Shown here one piece after another: positions 23,103-32,433 of a DNA stretch of 64,000 nucleotides; the first letter of the stretch is position 1, and every line of letters starts with the position of its first letter. The translations under genes and the position numbers were made by a program. The notes beneath the pieces were generated by a model. The model was not told where the DNA came from. It did no database searches and was given only the letters and a program-made list of their open reading frames with translations. Origin of the DNA: Rebecca billardiae RCC1528 (lineage: Eukaryota; Protista; Haptophyta); the NCBI GenBank assembly GCA_965240325.2, contig OZ251241.1, positions 1,426,001-1,490,000 on the forward strand. Reading direction: 5' to 3'.

Positions 23103-26100
23103 ATGTCCACGAGCCTCGTCGAGAAGGAAGTGGTGATCGTCGGCAGCGGTGCCCGTGCGCGCGTGAGCGAGTGCATCAGCGATGACTGGCTCAAGCTCGC
23201 GCCGGGCAGCGAGATTGGCGAGGTCAGGCGCGACGGCGTGCTCGTGCTGCCCATCGCGCCCAGCTCCATGCAGTACTTGACAGCGCACAACATTGACTTC
23301 AACACGCGCGTCGGCGACGGGTTTGTCGACCCCGGCCGGCACGCCTTGAGCGCTGCGCCACTCGTGCCAGAGGATCTCGCCCGCCTCCCCGCTGGCGAGT
23401 TCGGCGAGCGCGAGGTGCTCGTGGTCGACACTCGCATCGACGCGTCCCTGCGCGAGTGCATCGAGCGAGCTCGCTCTGTCGTGCGTCCCATCACAGTCAA
23501 GCGCGATCGCATCAAGGCGCTGGGCGCGCACGTGTCCGGGCTGCTCGGCGGCTTGCCGGATGACGCCGACATCGGCGAGCGCTCCGGCCGCCACATCCGC
23601 GCGCTCATGCAGGCGAGGCGCTCGATGCTCGTGCCGCTCGGCCAGATCTCGCACGGCGTGTGCCGGCACCGCGCGCTGCTCTTCAAAGTGCTGTGCGACG
23701 CGCTCGGCATCGAGTGCGCGCTGGTGCGCGGCGACATCCACGGGGAGACGGGGGCCGGAGGGCCGGCCGGAGGGCACACGTGGAACGTGGTGCACGTCAA
23801 CGGCAGCGCGCTCATCGTCGACGTGATGCTCCGCCCGGGCGAGCTCTACGCGGAGGGCGCGTGCGACCATTACCTCCGCCTCGCCGAGCGGAGCGGCGGC
23901 GGCGGCGGGGCGCAGCATCACGGTGCCGGGCTGAACAGCCTGCCCGCGCCAGCGCCGCGTGAGCCGTGGCACGTGCGACCGGTCGACGTCGAGATCGAGC
24001 GCGGCGCGGACGGCGCCGAGGCGGAGCTCGGCAGCGGCGGGTTTGGGCGCGTGTTCGCGGCGCGGCTGCGAGGCGCGCAGCCGGTCGCGGTGAAGCGACT
24101 AAACGCCGCGGGCGCGAACGCGCGGCTCGAGTTTGAGGGCGAGGTGGAGATGCTGCGCGGGCTGCGCAACGCGCACATCGTGCTCTTCTACGGCGCGTGC
24201 GTCGAGCCGGAGAACCTGATGATTATCACCGAGCGCATGCGCGGCGGCAGCCTTCACGACGCGCTCGCGGGCGCGCCGGCGCGCGTCGCGTGGGCGGCCG
24301 CGGGTGCGCGGATCGCGCTGCACGTGGCGTACGCGCTGCACTACCTGCACACGCTCGAGCCGCCGGTGGTGCACTACGACGTCAAGCCGGCCAACGTGCT
24401 CCTCAACGAGGACTACAGCCTGGCCAAGCTCGCAGATGTGGGGCTGGCGCGCACGATGGCTCACTCCCTCCAGACGGTCCCGGGATGCACGCTTGCATAC
24501 GCCGCGCCCGAGGTGATGGATAGGCGCGCGACCGAGAAGGCGGACGTCTACAGCTTCGGCAGGCTCGTGGACGACCTGCTCACTCGAGCGCAGAGCCCCC
24601 GCCCGCCAGCCGAGCCGCCGGCGGACGTGCTCGAGCTGAAGCTTCGCTGCGTGCAATGGGAGCCGGCCCTTCGGCCCAGTGCGGCTGATCTGGTCTGGGC
24701 GTTGGAACGCCATTGGCTGGACGATGAGCGCGCAGTTGACGCGGCGCCTCCTGTCGAGCAGCCGCCTGCGCCGTCGTGGCCCGAGCCACCGCCCGCAGCG
24801 CCAGGCCGCCCTGCCGCTACCGGGCCCGGGGAGGCGGAGCTGGCCGCGATGAGCTGGCCGGAGCTCTGTGCAGCCCTCTACCTCACAGCCTCCGACCCGG
24901 CCGGGGCCGAGTGCGCGCTGCGCGCGGCTGCGAACCGGACGGGGCCGGGAGAGGATGGAGATGTGGCGAGGCGGGATGCCGCCGACGCGGGCGCGCTCGG
25001 CGCGGTGGTGGCCGCAATGGGCGCGCACGCGGCGAGCGCGGGCGTGCAGTCGCACGCGTGCGCCGCGCTGCGCAACATCTGCACTGGCACGAACGCGCGC
25101 GGGCTCTCGCGCAAGCAGCAGGCTGTGGACGCGGGCGCGCTCGGCGCGGTGGTGCGCGCGATGGATGCGCACACGGCGAGTGCGGCCGTGCAGGAGCAGG
25201 CGTGCACGACCCTGGTCACCATCTGCGCGGGCGCCGATGCGGCTGCCTGTGAGCGCGCGCAGCACGCCGCCGCGGTCGGCGCGCTCGGCGCGGTGGTGCG
25301 GGCGATGCGCGCCCACTCGACGCACGCGGTGCATGAGCAGGCGTGCACGGCCCTCGCGGCGCTGTGCGCTGGCGACAGCGCGGCCAGCCGCGCGCGCACA
25401 CAGGGGGCGGTCGCGCGCGTGCAGCAGGCGGCGGAGCGCGCGCAGCAGGCGGCGGAGGCGGGCGCGCTCGGCGCGGTGGTGGCGGCAATGCGTGCGCACG
25501 TGGCGCGTGCGGGCGTGCAGACGCAGGCGTGCCGTGCGCTGCGCAACATCTGCGCCGGCACCGACGCGGCCGGCCGCTCGCGCGCGCAGCAGGCGGCCGA
25601 GGCGGGCGCGCTCGGCGCGGTGGTGGGCGCGATGGGCGCGCACGCGGCGAGCGCGACCGTGCAGGAGCAGGCGTGCCGCGCGCTGCGCAACCTCTGCCTT
25701 CGCACCGACGAGGCCGGCCCCGCGCGCGCGCAGCACGCGGCCGCGGCGGGCGCGCTCGGCGCGGCGGTTGTTGCGATGCGCAAGCTCAAGGAGAGCACCG
25801 CTGTGCAGGAGCAGGCGTGCCTGGTGCTCGCCACGATCTGCGCGGGCGACGGCGAGGCCGCGCAGCAGGCGGCCGACGCGGGCGCGCTCGGCGCGGCGGT
25901 GAGCGCGATGCGCAAGCACAAGGCCGAAGCGGGCGTGCAGGAGCAGGCGTGCTTCGTGCTCGCCACCCTCTGCGACTTTTACGACGCGGCCGGCCGCGAG
26001 CGCGCGCAGCGGGCGGCCGACTCGGGCGCGCTCGGCGCGGTGGTGGCCGCGATGCGCGCGCACGACAAGAACGCGGGCGTGCAGGAGTACGGGTGCTGGG

Positions 26101-26297
26101 CAATGGACAGCATCTGCGCTGGCACCGACGCGGCCGGCAGCGCGCGCTGGCAGCAGGCAGCAAAGTCGGGTGCGCCCGCAGCGCTCAAGGCTGCGCAGAA
26201 GAAGCACGGCACCTCCCGGCCACAGCTGCAGGAGCGGACAGCCAGTATGCTCACGCAGCTGAGCAACCTGAGCCTCAGCAGCGGCAGTGCGTCGTAG
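23103..26297 (+). CDS. EDR1/CTR1-type N-terminal domain + TKL Ser/Thr kinase + C-terminal armadillo repeats
   Basis: DGFVDPGR, GVCRHRALLFKVLCD and GHTWNVV (EDR1 domain). GSGGFG, VAVK, HYDVKPAN, DVG, APE and DVYSFG (kinase). About 8 repeats of GALGAVVxAMxAH...VQEQAC. Intronless 1064-aa ORF. Confidence 0.88.
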   Translation: MSTSLVEKEVVIVGSGARARVSECISDDWLKLAPGSEIGEVRRDGVLVLPIAPSSMQYLTAHNIDFNTRVGDGFVDPGRHALSAAPLVPEDLARLPAGEFGEREVLVVDTRIDASLRECIERARSVVRPITVKRDRIKALGAHVSGLLGGLPDDADIGERSGRHIRALMQARRSMLVPLGQISHGVCRHRALLFKVLCDALGIECALVRGDIHGETGAGGPAGGHTWNVVHVNGSALIVDVMLRPGELYAEGACDHYLRLAERSGGGGGAQHHGAGLNSLPAPAPREPWHVRPVDVEIERGADGAEAELGSGGFGRVFAARLRGAQPVAVKRLNAAGANARLEFEGEVEMLRGLRNAHIVLFYGACVEPENLMIITERMRGGSLHDALAGAPARVAWAAAGARIALHVAYALHYLHTLEPPVVHYDVKPANVLLNEDYSLAKLADVGLARTMAHSLQTVPGCTLAYAAPEVMDRRATEKADVYSFGRLVDDLLTRAQSPRPPAEPPADVLELKLRCVQWEPALRPSAADLVWALERHWLDDERAVDAAPPVEQPPAPSWPEPPPAAPGRPAATGPGEAELAAMSWPELCAALYLTASDPAGAECALRAAANRTGPGEDGDVARRDAADAGALGAVVAAMGAHAASAGVQSHACAALRNICTGTNARGLSRKQQAVDAGALGAVVRAMDAHTASAAVQEQACTTLVTICAGADAAACERAQHAAAVGALGAVVRAMRAHSTHAVHEQACTALAALCAGDSAASRARTQGAVARVQQAAERAQQAAEAGALGAVVAAMRAHVARAGVQTQACRALRNICAGTDAAGRSRAQQAAEAGALGAVVGAMGAHAASATVQEQACRALRNLCLRTDEAGPARAQHAAAAGALGAAVVAMRKLKESTAVQEQACLVLATICAGDGEAAQQAADAGALGAAVSAMRKHKAEAGVQEQACFVLATLCDFYDAAGRERAQRAADSGALGAVVAAMRAHDKNAGVQEYGCWAMDSICAGTDAAGSARWQQAAKSGAPAALKAAQKKHGTSRPQLQERTASMLTQLSNLSLSSGSAS

Positions 26298-26690
26298 CCG
26301 GTGACGTCGCCGGCCGCGAACGGCACGGTCCGAGCCGCAGGCCCGCAGCAGCCGACCGGCCCGGGCGGGTCAGTCCGACTCAGTACCGCCTGCTAGGGGT
26401 AAGGGGTAACTCCGCGCCGCGCCCCCGCCCGGCGCTGACGCGCAGACGCGGTTACTCGGGTATTACTGGGCACTGGCAACGCGCCTAATGCTACTGCCAC
26501 GACAGTAAAGAAATAATCGATTTTCGGCGTAACCGTAACCCGTCCGCACTTCCGCCCAGTGGGGATGCGCGTAGTTGGAATTTTTTTCATGCCGCGCGTT
26601 CGCGGCACTTCACCGTTCGCGCCGCGCTGTTATTATTATTGCGATATATATATATATAGACGATATAGATATATAGCAGACGATCGTCGA

Positions 26691-26691
<1 letters not shown>

Positions 26692-26778
<87 letters not shown>
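26692..26778. repeat. Long (TA)n microsatellite
   Basis: About 85 nt of uninterrupted TA. Confidence 0.95.
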
Positions 26779-26780
<2 letters not shown>

Positions 26781-26891
26781 TGCGGCGGCGCCGGTCAGTC
26801 ATTAGGGCGGACTGCTGCTGTCAGGCTCGTCTACGTTTCATATCCGAATGCATCGTCAGCAGCAATAGCAGCGCTACCGTGCGTCTGCCGT

Positions 26892-29843
26892 CTACACGGC
26901 AGCGGACCACGAGAAGCCGGCCAGCGCCTGGCGCATCGCAGCGTGCGTCGCGCGGTTGAACTTGTCCGCCGCGTCCGCCTCCGCCTCGTCGAACAGGGCC
27001 TCGAGCAACCCGAAGATGATATGCCTGTCCTCCTCCACGGAGGACATGGAGGCGCGCACGTCGAACGTGGTCAGCGCCGAGACGAACGCGGAGCGGTCGC
27101 GCGCGAGCGCCGCCGCGACCGCGCGGAGCTCGTCGGTGGGCAGCGCCAGCCCGATCGGCAGTTCCTCGAGCGCGGCGATGAGCACCTCGACTGGCGGTCG
27201 GGGCGGCGGTGCGGTGCGGCGCGCACGCGCGGGGCGGGCGCGCGGGCGTGAGCGGTGCGCGCTCGCGAGGTGCACGCGCCCCGCCGCGTGCCCCGCGCGC
27301 CCGCGCGCCCCCACCGCCGCGCGCACAGAGGCACCACGCGCGCGTGAGGCACACGGGCGCCGTCCACGGCTGCAGCACGAGCACGACCCGCCCAGTCGCG
27401 CGCACGACGTCGCCGATGTGCCGAACTTCTTGTCGGGTGGTGCCCTGGCGCATGCAGAGGACGTCGATCCCTGCGCCGCGCGGCGCGAGGCGCGGCGGGG
27501 CGCGGGGCACGCGCGCGCGCCGCGGCGTGAGCCGTGCGCGGGCATGGGGGCGACGGCGGAGGGCGCGAGCTCGGCAGCGCGCGCGCCCCCACGCGCGCGC
27601 ACACACGCCGCGCCGGCGGCCCGCCCACTGGCTCGGGTGGGGTCGGGGCGGCGCGAGGCCGCGCGCGAGCCAGCCGGCGCGCGCGGCGCGAGCTCGCGAA
27701 AGCGCACGCACGGTGCGCGCGGTGACGCACTGCCGCGCCCGCCGCTGCGCGCGAGATGCAATCTCGCCGCGCGCGAGATGCAATCTCGCGGGGAGCGCGC
27801 GCGCGCGCGCACACGGAGGCGCGCGAGATGCAATCTCGCGGGGAAGGCGCGCGCGCGCACGCGCGCACAGAGGTAGGTGTCTGTGGGCTTCAGGTCGTGG
27901 ATGCGCGCGTACAGCTCGATGGCGGAGAGCATCGCGTCGAAGTCGCACGCCTGCGCGTGGCTCACGAACAGGTTCGCGCGCGCCACCGCCGCGGAGCCGT
28001 CCGTCGTGCGCCTGCCCTCCACCATCTCCACCAGTGAACTCGGACCGGCCGCCGGCCCGCCCAGCCCGCGTAATCGGCGCGCGGCCGGGGACGCGCTGAG
28101 CTGCCGGGCGACGAGTCCGATTTGGTAGGAGGCGACGCCGCGCGGGGCGCCGAGCTCGGCCTGCAGCGCGCGCACGTACCCCAGCTGCACGCCCAGCAGC
28201 AGGTGCGGCCGCTCCGCCGCGAGCTCGGCCGCTTCGGGCAGAGCGATGGTGACGGTGGCGGCGGCGGTGGCGCCGGCCGCGGCGGCGCTCGGCCGGCTCT
28301 GCGCGGTTGGATAGATGATGTGTGACCGCGGCCGCTGCTGCGTGAACACGGCTTGCGTGTGCGCGGTCGAGACCAGGCTGTGCGGCGTGCGGCGAGCCTC
28401 CGCCGAGAGCGCACCGCTCGCGACGCAGCGGCACAGCCGGCGCACCGCACGCCACGCAAGCGAGCACAGCCGCGCCGCGGCCGCGAGCAGAGCGCGCGAC
28501 GCCCGCTCGAGGGGCCATGGCGCGAGCTCGCGGCCGAGCGGTGCGAACGTGGTGGCGTGCACGGCGGCGCTGCCGTTGAGCGCGGTGTGGAAGACGCCGA
28601 CCACGACGCAGTTGGCCCACGGCCGCACCATCGCGGCGGGCAGCCCCATCCCCGCAAACAGCGCGATCGCAGACGCTAGGTTGGTGCATCCCATCGCGCG
28701 AGTCAGCCGGCGCGCGACGCCCGGCGGCAGCGACGTGAGCACCTTGCGCGCGCGCCAGTGCGTGTGCAGCGAGAGCGCGAGGACGAGGAGCGGGAGCAGC
28801 ACGGCGCCGGTGCCCACCTGCACGACCTCCAGTGCCTGCGGCGCCGAGAAGAACCAGCACGCGCCCGTCCCGACGTCGAGCGCAGCAATGGCCGCCACGA
28901 ACGCAAGCAGCCGGCGGCGCGCGCGCGGGCTGTGCGCGAGCGTGGGCGAGGCGAAGCGCGCGCCGTCGACGTCGGCGGAGGGCCACGCGGCCTGCGCCCA
29001 GTAGAGCAGGAAGAGGGTGCCCGCGACCACGCCGATCGAGACGTACGCGATGAAGAGGATCAGCCACACCGGGTATGGCACACGCACTGGGCCGTGCAAG
29101 CACCGGATGCCGAGCCGGAGCAGCTGCGCGGCCAGCTCGAGCAGCAGCACCGCCTGCGCGATGCCCGGCGACAGGCGGCCGTCCGCGCGGTAGAAGGCGC
29201 GCAGCCGGTTGACGAGGAGCTCGACGAGCACGGCGTGCTGCACGCCGAGCAGCACGTCGCGCGCGACCCATGCGGGTGAGAAGGGCAAAGCGGCCCACAC
29301 CGTCTCCGAGCGGGCAAAGCGCGCGCGCACGTCCGCGCCCGCGAGGAGCGCGTCCATCAGCGGCTGCGCGCCGCGGTGCGTGATGTCGGCGGCGGGCGGG
29401 TGGGGCAGGCTGCGCGAGTCGCCCGGCCAGAAGTGGTGGTACCGCCATCCCGGCAGCGGGTCGAAGGCCAGGCCGGCCGCGCCGCTATAGAGGAGGTACC
29501 CGACCGCGCCCGCGGCGCCCGCGGCGCGCGCGATCGACTCGAGCGAGCAGTCGCTGAGCGGCGGGCTGTGCTTCACGACGATGGTGCCGTCGAGCGAGCG
29601 CGCGCCCACGTACACGGGCGGGCACAGCCGGTCGTTCCACTCGTCCGACGGCGTGAGCACCACGCGCGCGCGCACGTCAAACGCGGCGGGCGTGAACGCG
29701 AACGGCGCGGCGAGGAGCTCGACGCCGAGAAGGTGCGGCGGGCCGGCCTCGATGACGAGGCGCGCGCTCGCGGGGCGCGCCGCGAGGAGCGTGAGGAGGG
29801 CGACGACGGGCGCCCGTCGCAGCCACGGGCGCCGCTGGCGCAT
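26892..29843 (-). CDS. Receptor-like protein: signal peptide + PA (protease-associated) domain + 7 TM + cytosolic HET/TIR-like domain; two introns (~27868-27471 and ~27326-27192)
   Basis: PA-like segment LDGTIVV...CSLESIARAAGAAGAVGYLLY...ADITHRGAQPL. Seven hydrophobic helices. Spliced FVSHAQAC...YLWIDVLCMRQ...LQPWTAPVCLTRAWCLFEV. Confidence 0.75.
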   Translation of the reverse strand: MRQRRPWLRRAPVVALLTLLAARPASARLVIEAGPPHLLGVELLAAPFAFTPAAFDVRARVVLTPSDEWNDRLCPPVYVGARSLDGTIVVKHSPPLSDCSLESIARAAGAAGAVGYLLYSGAAGLAFDPLPGWRYHHFWPGDSRSLPHPPAADITHRGAQPLMDALLAGADVRARFARSETVWAALPFSPAWVARDVLLGVQHAVLVELLVNRLRAFYRADGRLSPGIAQAVLLLELAAQLLRLGIRCLHGPVRVPYPVWLILFIAYVSIGVVAGTLFLLYWAQAAWPSADVDGARFASPTLAHSPRARRRLLAFVAAIAALDVGTGACWFFSAPQALEVVQVGTGAVLLPLLVLALSLHTHWRARKVLTSLPPGVARRLTRAMGCTNLASAIALFAGMGLPAAMVRPWANCVVVGVFHTALNGSAAVHATTFAPLGRELAPWPLERASRALLAAAARLCSLAWRAVRRLCRCVASGALSAEARRTPHSLVSTAHTQAVFTQQRPRSHIIYPTAQSRPSAAAAGATAAATVTIALPEAAELAAERPHLLLGVQLGYVRALQAELGAPRGVASYQIGLVARQLSASPAARRLRGLGGPAAGPSSLVEMVEGRRTTDGSAAVARANLFVSHAQACDFDAMLSAIELYARIHDLKPTDTYLCARVRARAFPARLHLARLRVRARARSPRDCISRAARLHLARSGGRGSASPRAPCVRFRELAPRAPAGSRAASRRPDPTRASGRAAGAACVRARGGARAAELAPSAVAPMPAHGSRRGARACPAPRRASRRAAQGSTSSACARAPPDKKFGTSATSCARLGGSCSCCSRGRRPCASRARGASVRAAVGARGRAGHAAGRVHLASAHRSRPRARPARARRTAPPPRPPVEVLIAALEELPIGLALPTDELRAVAAALARDRSAFVSALTTFDVRASMSSVEEDRHIIFGLLEALFDEAEADAADKFNRATHAAMRQALAGFSWSAAV

Positions 29844-30667
29844 GATGACAGCGTCGCAGGGCCGCTTTTACTTGCTTGACCCTGTGCAATGTTTAGTTGT
29901 TTACGCTCCAACAGTCAACCGCAGTTGAACGGTTGAACCGCAGTTTATAATAACCTTGACAGTTGACGCTGTGCAGCATAAAAGGCCCCACGTCGTCACT
30001 CGTCAAAAGTCAATATACAACTCAACGCTCAATAATCAATTCAGGCCAGCGACTCAGTACCCCTAGTAATCCCGACAAGAGACTGTCTGAGACTCATTTG
30101 AGATTCTGGGCTCTGATGAATACCAGAGTGCATTTGGGCATTGCCACTCAATAGCAACCAGTTAACGGTAAGTAATAAGTTTGACGAACTATTGGCAACG
30201 CTAGCTCTCCGCTCCCACACTTGTTGGGGCAACACACTTGTTGGGGCAACGGCCCAATGGCAACCGCCGCCAAACTGCGGGCGACACGCACGTGTCGATA
30301 GCGAAGACCTGGCAGGTCTGAATGTGCCATGTCCGCTCCCCGGGCGCGTGTGAGGCCCCATATCCGGCGCGGGAGGCCCTAATGGCGCAAAGACACCGAG
30401 GTAGTCGGCCGATCCGCCGATTCACGGTCCGTGGCTGCGGAGAGTTCGCACACACAGCGGGGAGAGTTCGGCGGCGCGGGTTCCGGGGTTCGGCTCGGTC
30501 AGCACGCGCCTCTGCGGCGGGTTGGTGCACATTTGCTGAGCATGAAGGCTCCACCCGTTCCACGAGGTGTTGTTCCGCCTCCAGGCGCCCCGCACCCCGG
30601 TCGTGGCGGCAGGATGGCGATCAAGTGGCGCGTGGCCGACGTGCGGCCCGAGCGAAACGTGACTTGG

Positions 30668-31650
30668 GCGCCGCGCGCCGCGCTGGCGGGGCGGCTAGGA
30701 CCCACGCGCGCCTTCGAATCCCCGGCGCCCGCTTGCGCATTGGCTTCCTCCGCCTGCGAGTCGCCTGCGACCGCGCCCGCCGCCCGCTTCGAGAGGGTTG
30801 ACCGCGCCCGAGCCTGCTCGCCGCCGAGCGCAGGGATGAGTTGAGCGCGGTGCGAGGCGGCGATCGTGGTCGGGCGATCGCATGGGCCCATATGGGCCCC
30901 ATCTGCCTCGGCGCGATCGCTTCAGCATGCGTATGTGACCCCACTTGTCATGGATGTCGGGTAGCAGGTGAGCACTGTCGGCCACTGTCGGCCAGCGTGT
31001 CATCGCGAGCGCGCGCGCGAGGGCTCTACGGGTCGGATGCCGCTCCGTGGTGTCTCGTGATTGTCTGCACTACGCAAACCGGCTGGCAAGATTGGTCCGC
31101 ATCTGTAATTAGGCGACGCCTGCCGTGTTCGCGACGAGAACTCAAGCAAGTTCTTCTGGCGATCAGACTGTTGCCGTCACCATTGACGCACGTTACGAGC
31201 TGGCAGAGCAGTGAAGGGCATGCCCTTGGTGGCCCACGCTGGGCAATACACGGCAATCGGCATGCTCTGATGTCAACTGTGACGTGTTTCCGACCCGTCT
31301 GGCCCTGCGCAGGCGCGGCGTGCGCGGACACGCTGGCCAACAGTGCTCGCCCGCTACCCGACATCCATGACAAGTAGGGTCACATACGCATGCTGAAGCG
31401 ATCGCGCCGTGGCAGATGGGGCGCAGATGGGCTCATGCGATCGCCCGACCGAGATCGCCGCCTCGCGCCGCGCTCAACTCATCCCTGCGCTCGGCGGCGA
31501 GCAGGCTCGGGCGCGGTCAACCCACTCAAAGCGGGCGGTGGGCGCAATCGCAGGCGACTCGCAGGCGGAGGAAGCCGATGCGCACGCGGGCGCCGGGGGT
31601 TCGAAGGCGCGCGTGGGTCCCGGCCACCCCGCCAGCGCGGCGCGCGGCGC
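30668..31650. mobile_element. Foldback element, ~320-bp diverged inverted arms and ~340-bp spacer
   Basis: 30668-~30988 is an imperfect reverse complement of ~31328-31650. True ends and TSD not resolved. Confidence 0.75.
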
Positions 31651-31756
31651 AAACAGCAACTCCTCGACAGCAGAGCGCGTGGATCGCCGCGACGTCGACG
31701 TCGCCCGCCCGCCCCCGCCCCTTCTCAACGGCCGCGGCCCCGCGTGCTCCCACTGT

Positions 31757-31805
31757 GGTCCGGGAGCTCATGAGGTGCAACTTGCACCTCATGAGCTCCC
31801 GGACC
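31757..31805. repeat. Perfect 49-nt palindrome (24-bp stem, 1-nt centre)
   Basis: ggtccgggagctcatgaggtgcaa c ttgcacctcatgagctcccggacc. Confidence 0.9.
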
Positions 31806-32433
31806 GTGTGCGAACTAATCGCCTTTCTGGAACGGGTGGCAGAGAGACGCGCCCACTAGTCGTAGTATGAATATGGACGATGCTGATGACGGACTGGCTT
31901 GCGCCGCCGGCGTTCGGCGGCGCGACGCCGGAGACAGAGGCCTGGTCCGTCTACTGCCATCGCAGCTGCTTGTGAGTTGTGTACATAGTGTACAGGGTGA
32001 CGCCGCTGCCGGGCTATATGTAGCATCATCATATAGCGCAGTCGTATGCATGATATATTTATTGACCTTCGGCCTGCCGCCCGGTCGTCCGCCAGTACTA
32101 AATAACTACCGGGGCGCCACTGTATTCGTGTATACCGGCCCCCGCCGGCCGCGCGGACCGCGCGGCGCACTGCCCGCCGTCATCCGCCTTCCGAAGCACC
32201 AGATGGGATGATATAATATTCATGGGCGGTTGCGCGGACGTCAATCGTCATACTCAGCACTACGACAATTGATGACTTGCACTACGGCAAGCTGGCATCG
32301 GACCGGGCCGCGGACCCGGCGCGGCGGCCGCTGCCAGTCGGACCGTCAGTCACAGCGGAGTCAACGCCGGGCGCCGGCACTCGGTCCCGAGCCCGCGCCG
32401 CGCTCGGCTCAGATCACATCAGCAGCGTACGTA

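Noticed and set aside
26587-26959. IYIYIY-repeat ORFs
   Set aside because: Translations of the (TA)n microsatellite.
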